Origin: Podarcis liolepis
Taxonomy: Eukaryota
Length of the DNA stretch: 64,000 bases
Assembly (NCBI GenBank): GCA_965112155.1
Contig: OZ218105.1
Reading direction: 5' to 3' (one strand)
The notes beneath the pieces were generated by a model that was not told the DNA's origin, ran no database searches, and saw nothing but the letters and a program-made list of their open reading frames with translations. Within the stretch, counting starts at the first letter, position 1; each line of letters begins with the position of its first letter. This document shows, in pieces, positions 12,661 through 23,914 of this stretch. The position numbers were made by a program, and so were the translations under genes.

Positions 12661-14299
12661 GTAGGCAAGAAAAATATAAGGAAATTGCATTGGAAAGTGT
12701 GGGATAACAATTGCTTGATGCAATGTCATGTAACATCCCTTTACTCAGATTGGGATGAATGTTCAACAAACAAGTCATCTGGAAGCAACCTGTGTCTTTG
12801 TGTAACAAAATATGGCATGAGGCAGAGTTAAAAACATCCACCCCACCCCCCATCATGCAAACTAAAGAGCATAATATGTAATTTAGTCCTGAAATAGCAC
12901 ACGGTCTCGTGTATAGAGGTTCATGGTAATTTGGATAAAGCTTCGTCAGCTTAATTCAAAGTATTTTATTAGAAAAGAAGACAGTGAATGGATTGTACTT
13001 GCATTTCCATCTACTTATATCTTGGTTTGGAATAAATGAGTCAGCTTTCAAGGTTACCCAGCCTTTTGATCCCTTGTTTTTGTTTTAAGTGTATCATCTG
13101 TTCACTGGAGCCACTTTGCAACAGATTGAACTCCAAGCACATTTTGGGATCCTATGTTCCCCTAGTCTGAAGTCAGCTGCAGATTATGTCATCCTTAGGT
13201 AATCATATCAGCAACTGGCCAACTCATACTGTAATATATGAAACGACAGGCTGATATTAAATGCACATCCCCAAAATTGAGTCTTTTGCCTTTGTGCATT
13301 GGGGTTTAAGTGTCCACAGAGAAACTGTTTAAACTAAAACTTTTGTAGCAACTGAGAACATTTAATGAAGAGAACATGACACCAAGTCTCAAATGGTACA
13401 TTCTGTTCTCCTCTCCATTTCCTCGTCATTCGTATCATGATATTTGCATTTAATTAAAAGTGCTTATTCATTAGCTCAGTTTCCTCTTCATTCGCTGAAT
13501 CATCCCATGTTGTTACGACCCCATGTGCGTCATTGTTCCTTATCACTACACTAAGTAGGAAAGCAGGGGTGTAAAAGCAGTTTGGGGTGGATGATTTTGA
13601 ACTGACATGTAATTGGAGGGGGAAGCACTGAGTAACCTTTCTCCACCTGGCACCTGGTCTTATCCTACGCAGGCCAGTTTCGGCTTATATTTGAATAAAC
13701 AAATAAAAACACCCTCCTGACTTCCCTCCAATGTGTAAATCAAGCTTTCCAAAACCCAGAAGACATAAGAAGACATAAGAAAGACATAAGAAAGCATCTG
13801 TTTCTGTTCCAGAGCATGCTTTTGCATACAGCACTGTTTCCATTCTGCTGCAGTTCAGCTGCCAACAAAAACTATGTTGTTTGTCTCACTGTCCACTGTG
13901 GCAGAAGTTTACATAATTAATTACATTACTGTTATGTTATTCTACACCCTTAATTTCAATGCAAAGGTCATTCATTTCCATGCAAAAGAAATGTGATACA
14001 AATTACCTATTGTTTGTTGATGGAAAACAATAGTGAATACTGATCATATTCACTGGATTATTTCCCAGTCGAGACATGGAACATAAGTGAACATCAAAAA
14101 TTTCTGCTTCTATTTCCATTGGAATTATCCATCATCCCCAAAAATGGATGATGCAAGATTTGAAGTGGGACCTTCCTAAATCACAGTTCATTCTGTTAGC
14201 TAAACTGGAAGTTAGGCATGAAGTGTGGGTGTGGGTGTGGTTGGAAGGTGGTTTGTTTGGTTGTTGCTGTTGTTTTGCTTTTGTTTTTAAGGGATGGCA

Positions 14300-14351
14300 T
14301 CCAATTTCGTTGCACTGGTGCAATGTTGCACTAGTGTAATGACAATAAAGA

Positions 14352-14400
<49 letters not shown>
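14300..14400 (+). mobile_element. Probable Rex-type LINE 3' tip with (ATCT)n tail
   Basis: Stem-loop tgcactggtgcaa-tg-ttgcactagtgta, then tgacaataaag and a pure ATCT run at 14352-14400. Confidence 0.55.
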
Positions 14401-15404
14401 AGACGTCGGTTACCGTCATCATCATTTTATTTCTAGACTGTCCTTCCTCATGTGGGCACCCAGAGTGGTTTGCAACAAATAATGCATTAAAATAATAAAT
14501 TTAAAATAAGTAAAACTGTATACCTAAAATTGTTTGGCCACATAATTTCTGTGACACAGGAGGAGACAAAGAATGACAGCTTTAAGGCACAGAATCACCT
14601 TCAACCCTGAAAACCCCAAAGATCCATCATTAGGTGATGCTGAAAAATTGCCAACAAGGGAGCAAAGTACAGTTCCACGGGAGGGAATTCCACAAGCAGG
14701 GTGCTGCCCCAGAGAAGGCCCTGCCCTGAGTTGCACAATGGGCCATGCCTATTGGTGGGACCAATAATGGGGCTTCCCCTGCAGATGTGAAAGCATAGAA
14801 GGCATTGGCAGAGGTGGTATGTCACATTTCACTGCCTGAGGTGAAACAGGAAGGTGCCAGCCTACCCTGTCTCAGCAAAGCCTCCCTTACTTGTGTTGTG
14901 CCCATGAAGTGATGGTGACGATAGCAAGTTCCAGCAAGATCTCACAGAGCTCTCACGGCAAGATCTCATGGAACACATGAGTTCCTGACGAGATCACTCT
15001 GGAAGCCACTACCACTGCCGGCATCAATTTGACAGGGGCAGGGTGGGTGGGGCACCAGCAGGGGCGCCACCTCTGGGGCTTCCAACGCCCAAGGTGGCTG
15101 CCCCAGTCTGCCTCTTAGGCATGTTGGCTCTGGGTATTGGAGAATTTTACCCCCTTCTTACGAATGTTATCTGAGACTGAAAGGACAAGAAAACAGATAT
15201 GTAATGGGCTCAAGATAAAATATTAGTAAGCGTCCATACAAAGAGTAGTAACATTGCTTTGCAGGAGTTAAGGCTTAGTAAAAGTGGGCTAAATTAGCTG
15301 CGCTTTAGTTAATCAGAATGTGAGATCAAGATTTGACCCAAGCTAAAATGTGATTTTTGCAAGATCTAGTGCAAGAAAAATGTCAAATATATTTGCAATG
15401 CAAT

Positions 15405-15406
<2 letters not shown>

Positions 15407-15449
<43 letters not shown>

Positions 15450-15480
15450 GATGTGGATGGATGGATGGATGGATGGATAG
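15407..15480. repeat. Compound (GT)n-(GGAT)n microsatellite
   Basis: Seen directly. Confidence 0.95.
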
Positions 15481-16704
15481 ACAGACACTCTCCATACCCA
15501 AATTGCCAGTAAATGTTGTAGCACTCAAGCACTTAAGAAAGGCAAAGCTGGTAAACAAGGTTTTTGAATGAGTCTAAAGCAGAGCATTGGATTTCTGAAT
15601 AGGGACTTGTGACCTGGCAACAGAAAGCTATTTTCCCTTCAGAGAGGCTGTCTGCATTGTATGCCAATCCATGCCATTTGGGTTGTTTAAAAAAGGAAAT
15701 TGAAATGGAGCAATTCAATTCTATCAGGAGGGGGAACTCCTCAAGGTAAAAATGCATGGCTTTTTGCTACAAAAACAAGCTTGTTAGGTTGATGTATGGC
15801 CAGCAAAGGTTTCAAAGTACCCATTTGACCAGGTTGTTCTTTAGCATTTGAGGATGGATTTTTCTCTCCGTCTCTGGTATTTCGGAGGTATTTATCATCT
15901 TCTTTTTTTTAAGTGAACACTAAAGCAACAGAAGTGAAATGATCCCACTATTTTGTGCTTGTCTTACTATCATGAGAGTTTGGAGCGGGCCAAGAAGCTT
16001 ATTCTGTCAGACAGTCTTATGCTTAATTGATCTGTCTGATAGATGATTCAGTTTTGCCATGTACTTTAATAGGATGTGGGTGGATTGCTTTTGTTTGCTG
16101 GTATATGTGCAATGGATCGTTACCAAGTCATGCACATATTTAGAAATGCCCACTCTCTCAATAAGCAAGTATTGATGCACTCACTGGAGGAATAAAATGT
16201 GCTTCTGCTAGATTGCCCTAGAGGCAAGCTGCCATATGCCACTCTGGGCTAACATGGAACTAACCAAAGGCACTTATCCCTGAGTTGTGCTCACTTAACA
16301 TGGGCTGGTTCAAGATATTTTGCTGCCTGAGGCAAAGGGCAAGATGCTGCAACTGAGTCTCACTTTGTCATTGTTGATGAGACAGGTTCCTCCACTGTAC
16401 CAGAGGGTATTGTGCTAAGATAGGAGGTGCAGAAGAGGTTAGCTTAGGGGAGTTGGGGGAAAATGGGGTGCAGATTGTGGATGGCCTTGGCATCCGCTGC
16501 TTAGAACAGCTGCTACATTCTGCCTAATGGTAGGGGCCTGGTTTTCCTTGGATATAGTCACAAGTGTTGGATAGTACACAATCATTGCAATTAGGGCTGC
16601 AAGCTCTATTCAGCTTAACTAGTAGATCAATCAGCTTGGCTGATTAGCTTATGAGGTTCAATTTTAATCAGTCATCCTGAGAGTTAAGTGCACCCTGTTA
16701 TGTA

Positions 16705-17052
16705 AGGTAAAGGGACCCCTGACCATTAGGTCCAGTCATGACTGACTCTGGGGTTGTGGCACTCATCTCACTTTATTGGCCGAGGGAGCCGGTGTACAGC
16801 TTCCGGGTCATGTGGCCAGCATGACAAAGCCGCTTCTGGCGAACCAGAGCAGCGCACGGAAACGCCGTTTACCTTCCCGCCGAAGTGGTACCTATTTATC
16901 TACTTGCACTTTAACGTGCTTCTGAACTGTTAGGGTGGCAGGAGCAGGGACTGAGCAACGGGAGCTCACCCCGTTGCAGGGATTCGAGCCGCCGACCTTC
17001 TGATCGGCAAGTCCTAGACTCTGTGGTTTAACCCACAGCGCCACCCGCATCC
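16705..17052 (-). mobile_element. Sauria SINE (Squam1), full length
   Basis: Head ggatgcgggtggcgctgtgggttaaacc, (ACCTTT) tail, TSD accctgttat(g/a)ta at 16692-16704 and 17053-17065. Confidence 0.92.
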
Positions 17053-17556
17053 ACCCTGTTATATATCTGCAGACAAATTTAGCCTACCAAGCAGATAATT
17101 TAGTAATCTTTCACAATATGGCACCCTGTGCAAGGCCAAAATTTGGCACCTCCAATCGGATCTTCCCATTTTTGGATTTTCGCAATTTTGTGCCCCCTTG
17201 ACTCTGCGCCCTGTGCTAGAGAACCACCCGCACCAACATAAATACAGCACTGAGCCTACATCATGCATTTGGCTAAACAAAGGAAGGTTGAAACTGTGTA
17301 GAGGAACATTTGGGTAAGGCATGGTTCTTTATCACACAAAGCATGTTCTAAGCATGTTCAACCAAATGCGCATAGAAGCCCCCTTCAGAACATCACATGC
17401 AAGCAGTGGCGTAGCGTGGGTTGTCAGCACCCGGGGCAAGGCAAGTAATTTGCGCCCCCTAACCCGTGGATTTTAGCACTTGAGTGCGAGCGCCCCCCCC
17501 CCAGATGTTGCGCCTGGTGCGGCCGGGCCCCCTGCACCCCCCACACTACGCCACTG

Positions 17557-17952
17557 GGAACAGCTAAGGGAGCTGGGCATGTTTAGCCTGGAGAAGAGGA
17601 GGTTAAGGGGTGATATGATAGCCATGTTCAAATATATAAAAGGATGTCATATAGAGGAGGGAGAAAGGTTGTTTTCTGCTGCTCCAGAGAAGCAGACACG
17701 GAGCAATGGATCCAAACTACAAGAAAGAAGATTCCACCTAAACATTAGGAAGAACTTCCTGACAGTAAGAGCTGTTCGACAGTGGAATTTGCTGCCTAGG
17801 AGTGTGGTGGAGTCTCCTTCTTTGGAGGTCTTTAAGCAGAGGCTTGACAACCATATGTCAGGAGTGCTCTGATGGTGTTTCCTGCTTGGCAGGGGGTTGG
17901 ACTCGATGGCCCTTGCGGTCTATTCCAACTCTATGATTCTATGATTCTATGA
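17557..17952 (+). mobile_element. CR1 LINE 3' fragment (ORF2 C-terminus plus tail), inside the composite hAT
   Basis: EQLRELGMFSLEKRRLRGDMIAMFKYIKG...WNLLPRSVVESPSLEVFKQRLD followed by an (ATTCTATG)n tail. Confidence 0.93.
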
Positions 17953-18149
17953 GGCTGTGTCAGATAGGGTGGAAATTTCATCCTTTCTGTCCCTCACATG
18001 GGAAACCGAAAAACACCCTCTCAGAATTAACTAGGGACCAGGATTACCAAAGCCCCATTCTCCCTGCAACCGCTTGGGTATCTGGTGGGCACCCAGTGAA
18101 ATTATTTCCAACCACAAAGTCCAATACAAAGTATTTTTGTGGTAGGGAA

Positions 18150-18930
18150 GGAGTTTCAGCTTTGCCTTGTGGGCTGTTCCTCCAAGCTGTCTTTGCGGTG
18201 CGTAACAGCCTGGAAGAGAATCAGCGAGAGGATCTTTAGAATTCAGTGCAAATTGAATTTCACCGGAATAGCTCGGAGGTGCTGGCAGCCCGCTTCCCTC
18301 CCCCCCACCCCGCTTTTTCGTTTTCTAAACAAGTGATCGGACTCTTCCCCTCCCCTCAGCCCCATGAAACAAGTCCCCAGCGCGAAAAGAAATAATAATT
18401 TTTAAAAAAAGAAGATAACAAGGACGGGTTGTTTTCCAGAGCGAGGTGGAAGCCGCCCATCGCAAGGGCAGAATCTCTGCGGTGCGTAATTACGCGCGGC
18501 TTGGAGAGCTCTTTTCCCCCCATTACCCGGGCCCTAGCGGTGCCCGCGGCAAGGTGAGGTTCTCCCTCTCCGGCAGGCGCCTCTGCGCGCCTTCACCCCA
18601 TTCTCCAGCCCCGCCACATCTGGGAACATCATTAAGGAGTCGCCTCTGCAGCTCAGGAAGTTTTCACACTTCACGTTTCATTAAACGCAGGTCTTGTCGG
18701 ATTCCTTGGGAAAGGGAGAAGCGGGAGAGAAAGGGGAGAGGTGCTGGGCGCGGGTCGGGGGAGAGCGCCTGATTTGCAGCTGTTGGGCTTTCAAAGCCAA
18801 ATAAAACGGCCAGTCTGCGGAGCGCAGCCGCAGCGGCGGTGGGGGGCGCGCGCGCGCTAGGGCGCAAGGCTGGCGGTGGCGGCGGGGAGCCCGGCGGAGG
18901 AAGGAACTTGTCCCTTCCCTCTGGACTCGC
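18150..18930. promoter_or_regulatory. CpG-island-like segment (cargo of the composite hAT)
   Basis: Dense CpG/GC sequence (e.g. gggcgcgcgcgcgctagggcgc) in an otherwise CpG-depleted window. Confidence 0.65.
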
Positions 18931-19306
18931 GCCCCCCGCAGATGTTGCGCCCGGTGCGGCCGGCACCCCTGGCACCCCCCACGCTACGCCACTGCATGCA
19001 AGGTCTGAGAGGAGCCTCCACATGTGCACCCACACACTACCTTTGTCTATACAGTTTTAACCCTCATGTGCTCAGGCAAATGCTTACAAACCACAGCATG
19101 ATTGTAAACCTGAGAGCAGAGACTATCTAAAAGACATGGCATGCAAGGAAAGAGGGATGGGGAGAAAGGAGGGGAAAACACACTCAGGCACCAGTTTTTA
19201 GCTACAGTTGTTATACCCACCAGCTGGGATGGAAACAGTTCAAGCAGCCTGTTAGAATCATGCTGTTAGAATAGTCCTTTATTTGTTGACAAATGTGTAT
19301 TATTCA

Positions 19307-19471
19307 CATAGCTGCCAACTTTCAGATTTGAAAATAAGGGATCAGCAGCCTCACCTGTCCTGGGGGCAGTCTATGGGATATCTAACAATCCGGGATAGCA
19401 GCAGGAAGCAGTGGGAAACAGCTCTGGAATAAGGGAATTTCCCGCAAAAAAAGGGAAGGTTGACATCTATG
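19307..19471. mobile_element. 165-bp hAT MITE, same family as 8126-8215
   Basis: CATAGCTGCCAACT / GGTTGACATCTATG ends, 8-bp TSD ATTATTCA. Confidence 0.9.
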
Positions 19472-20759
19472 ATTATTCATTTTAAAATATGCATATAACT
19501 AAATATTTTGATACATTTAGATTGTGATGAACTGCACTGTAACATTCAAGGATGTGAGAAATATTGGGGGTGGGGGGTCATCTCATTATTCCAAGAGGTG
19601 CAGATCAGGTTATTTCATGTAGGAATTTGCAAATTCAAACTCTTAGCCTCAGTGCTATTCTTCTACCAACAGAAATGTGTACAGTATTGTTTTCTCCCTA
19701 CCGTCAATGCCTGTGGTGAGAATAGAACGCCTTTACAAATGAGGAGCGAAACAGTTGGGTCTCCCTGGAGGTGAAATGTGAGTATAACTTCTGGTCCTTA
19801 AGGCTAATGAACCCTACCAGTGCCTTTTTATCCCCGCCAGTTTCATCATAAAACTTTTCCTCGCACTCAGCCATTTGTTGAAATTAACTCCCAAACCCTC
19901 CAATATTCCATTACATCCCACACGGATGTTTGCTGGCAGCTGAGAGATATCAGACATATGAGAGGACTAAACCCCACAGGAGATTTTACACCTTAGCTGG
20001 AGCTGTCCCTGTTTGCCAAGCAACACATCAATTTCCTCTTCTGTGACAATATGTTTAACCTGTGTTTTTTCACAGTAGGCTTTAAAATAAGCAATTAGAA
20101 GACACAGTGTTTTCTTCAGGTTGATGTATTATGTACCAAGACACAATTGACCTTCAAGGCATGAGGAGAATCAGTGAAAACAGCAACTATTCTTAAGCCC
20201 TAAAGCACTGTGGGATGATGGTAAAAGTGCCAAATCCTTTTTAACTGTTACTTTACTTTGTTATTATGGATATGTTTGCTTGCAACGGAACAACTGAAAG
20301 CAGACAGCTTATGATCTATCCACAGTGAATCTGGAAAGTAAGGTGTTTTTATGATAAGACTAAAACTTATGGATTTATGTCCAAGGCTTTTTCATGCCTC
20401 CATAATTTATGAAATTCTTATCAGTTTGAAACAATGTTTTCCCTTTCTCCTTCTCCCTGGAGCTCATTTTTATTGACATCTGGGCACTTGTGGAAATGAA
20501 GAGATAGTAATGTGAGCCTTCAAAAAAAAAAAAAAAGCAAAGCACACATTTATGGGTAGGCAGCTATCCAAGAAATTTCAGGTCTACATGAATGCCAAAT
20601 CATCACTCAAGATTATTGGTAGAAGTGCCTATTCCTTTGGAGAAGTGAATCTGAAAAACTCCTTATTCTATGGCTAAAGTAAACAAACTTAAGATGGCAG
20701 AGATAGTCACACAAGCAGTTTACATAGCCTCAAAGCTCCCAATACATTTCTTCCTATTA

Positions 20760-20985
20760 CAGTGGTACCTCGGGTTAAGTACTTAATTCGTTCTGGAGGT
20801 CCGTTCTTAACCTGAAACTGTTCTTAACCTGAGATACCACTTTAACTAATGGGGCTTCCCACTGCCGCCACACCGCTGGAGCACGATTTCTGTTCTCATC
20901 CTGAAGCAAAGTTCTTAACCCGAGGTAATATTTCCTGGTTAGCGAAGTCTGTAACCTGAAGCGTCTGTAACCCAAGGCACCACTG
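20760..20985. mobile_element. TcMar/Tigger-like MITE
   Basis: TA|CAGTGGTACCTCGGGTTA ... TAACCCAAGGCACCACTG|TA. Confidence 0.88.
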
Positions 20986-23207
20986 TATTGGTTGGGGCAT
21001 TGCTGCAGTGGCTCCCAGAGCTGTAAGGACCAGGAGGAGGCCTGGCTCTGTATATGTGTGTTTCTGTGTGTGTGTTTTGGGGAGGGGACTAAAGCCCCCA
21101 TCTGTAGGATATATTTATAGCAGTATCATGTCACTTTAAATGATCATGGCTTCCCCCAGAGCATCCTGGGAACTATAGTTTCTAAAGGGCACTGGGGTGG
21201 TTAGGAGGCTCCTAATTCTGTCACAGAAATATGATTCTTAGAGTGGTTTTACAATCAATCCTTCTTCTCAAAGAACATTCATGTGATTATGCTCTTTCAC
21301 ACACATTTAGCGCAACCTCCTCCTTTGTAACCAGCATTGGAGCTGAGGTTGCATCCAGACAGCCCTATTATTGAGCATTCATCTTGATTTGTTTGCACAA
21401 AGTTTCCGCGGAGGTTATATAATATCAGCTGTCTCATGAGCATTCACTTTGATTTGCTTGTGAGGAAATGAGGCCATGTCATGTTACAGAATTGTGATAA
21501 GTTTTCCTCATCACTTTCCTTACTTTGAAAAAGTATCCTTTTCCTTGGTAAAGACACATTCAAACTGCTTTGGGAACATAACAGTCCTTGAAGCTGTGTT
21601 TTCTGTCCTGTGTAACTGTTTGCAGCTGTTTTGGATCCCCTTCCTTCTTTGTGTTTGACTTTGTCATGTGGCCAACTCTGATTGGCTGCATGATGATGTC
21701 ACTGTCGCTAGGAGGAAAGAGCCTGGGTTAAACGAAAGGTTACTCAAGCAGTAGCAAGTTGGGCTTGTGTGAATAGCAGTAGAGGCTCCCCCTCCCTGCC
21801 CTCCCCCCCTCCAAAAGGATTTGGGGGATATTTGATGAAACATTTCAGATTTCCCCAAAACACCTCTTGAAAATCAATTTAGTGATGCATAAGAATCACA
21901 CTTCTTTTGCAGATGAGTGGTGAGACACATGAAGCCAATATTTTCTAATACCAAGTATTTTATCAGTCTCTCAATTCTGTTTCTTCTTCACCTGGTTTCT
22001 ATACAAACATAGCTGCCATTAGCTGAGCACCTATGGGCAGCCTTACATTTGTACAAACCACAGAATAATATTATTTGGACTTCTCTGTCATTTAACGGTT
22101 TGGAATTGGTGGGTATTTATAGAAATCTGTAATAAATCTCCTCTTGGGACCAAGGCCTTTGTAGAAATTGGGCAATAGGTCTAGCTATTGACATACCTAT
22201 TACAGAATGGAACTCCTGCTGTGTCTCATTACCTCTGATGTTACACTGCGCTTATCTAAGGGGAATGCAATATAATCTGTTTTGCAGGATGGATTTCACA
22301 TCATATCAGTTGTTTATAATGAAGCTTAGGCCAGATGCATTGTACTGGCGTCATGGTGACTATGAAGGATTTGGGTTATCTGATGGAGGATAATCCAGTC
22401 ATATACACTTTTTCGATCTGAAGTTTTCATTTATACTGTATCTTGCCCTTCTCGGCATTGCATTCAGCCAAATTCCTCAGGAAGCAATTGCTTTGCTTCT
22501 TTGGGGATATGCATAATTTTTGCTCAGGTCTGTTTTATGCATTCTCTATATGTCGCAAACTAGGAGGAGTCAAATCTGCAATCAGCAGCTAAAGGAATAA
22601 ACCTGCTGTCACAATGTCTTTACAATCAGAGACACAGTACGTTTCTGGGCGAACAGACATAATAATATCAACTATCTTCTGGAGGAGCTCCCTAAAAGTG
22701 CTCTCTGTGAAGTCAGTTAAAACAGCAAGGGAGAAGTTAGAAGTGCAGAGAGGTATCCTTGGTGCCTGATAACCAGCTTGGGAACTCTATTCCGCCCGAG
22801 ATCTAAGAAATTCAAAGCTTCTCTTGAGGATCTTCCAGAGGTGCTGCAAGGCACTGCTATTCAGGCAAGCATCATGAGCAGGTTTTTCTTTTCGCGGTGA
22901 TACTTCTTCAGAAAGGTGGATTAGCCATGCCCCCATCTTGATTCAGATTGGGCTTGGACTTTCTGAGCCTTATACTTCTTCAGTGTTGGTCCCACAGCCT
23001 ATCAACACATGGTTTCTCTTCCCCACCCTACTCCGTTTTCCTTAAACGTGGCTTGTTAGATTATAGGAGTAGGTATGGGATTTTATGGATATCTTCACGT
23101 GGAGCTTATCTGCACAGATTTTTTCTTTCTAATTCCCATTTTACTCTTTGATCTCCATTCTACTAAAAACATGAACAACTCTCTCACATTATTTGCTGTA
23201 TTATATA

Positions 23208-23456
23208 CAATCGTACCTTGGATCCCAAATGCCTTGCCAGTCGAATGTTTTGGCTCCCGAATGGCGCAAACCCAGAAGTGACTGTTCCAGTTTGTGAACT
23301 ATTTTTTGGAAGCCAAATGTCCAATGGGTCTTCCACCATTTCTGATTGGCTGCAGGAGCTTTCTGCAGCCAAACAGAAGCCATGCTTTGGTACCGAATGT
23401 TTTGGAAGTCAAACAGACTTCCGGAATGGATTCTGCTCCACTTCCAAGTACGACTG
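23208..23456. mobile_element. TcMar/Tigger-like MITE (family 2)
   Basis: CAATCGTACCTTGG / CCAAGTACGACTG ends; similar to 49712-49961. Confidence 0.8.
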
Positions 23457-23494
23457 TGTATAATACTATAGAAAGAGTATGTGCATATAGGCAT

Positions 23495-23690
23495 TCCTTT
23501 TCCCTTGAGTTGGTTGGCATCCGTCTGTCTCTGGAGGCAATGGAGGAGTATACCTTTGGGGGTGAAGTCAAACTGTTGGAGAGATACAGCACCTGCTGTG
23601 GCTGTAGAGAGTGACATGGGAGAGACATGCCTTGCTGCAGCTGGGGCAGATGAAGGTGTCCGGTTGAGCTGATGCACATGTACTATGGTG
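23495..23690 (-). mobile_element. 3' fragment of an RTE-related retroelement
   Basis: Reverse complement of the 3' end of the element at 41030-41740 (cagtttgacttcacccc...agacagatggatgccaac). Confidence 0.6.
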
Positions 23691-23777
23691 TTTCCTCTTT
23701 CTGTGCTCCTCCCCGTCAGCAGGGACCATCTCAATAATGATTTTCATAAGCCCGTCTGAGATCCATTTTGGTTAAAG

Positions 23778-23914
23778 CAGGATTCCTCAACCTCAGCCCT
23801 CCAGATGTTTTTTGCCCTACAACTCCCATGATCCCTAGCTAGCAGGACCAGTGGTCAGGGATAATGGGAATTGTAGTCTCAAAACATCTGGAGGGCCGCG
23901 GCTGAGGAAGCCTG
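23778..23914. mobile_element. Palindromic hAT MITE (137 bp)
   Basis: Near-complete hairpin, 8-bp TSD GGTTAAAG. Confidence 0.9.

Larger units (their letters stand above)
17404..18994. mobile_element. Composite (cargo-carrying) hAT element, 1591 bp
   Basis: Left TIR CAGTGGCGTAGCGTGGG at 17404 and its exact complement at 18978-18994. 8-bp TSD CATGCAAG at 17396-17403 and 18995-19002. An inner second right end finishes at 17556. Confidence 0.88.

Noticed and set aside
17480-17872. 130-aa ORF as a novel fusion protein
   Set aside because: Chance in-frame join of a MITE arm and CR1 ORF2, with a non-ATG start and no expression evidence.
18150-18930. CpG island as the native promoter of a gene at this locus
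   Set aside because: It lies wholly inside TSD-bounded hAT ends and I found no downstream exons in either direction; it is better explained as cargo.
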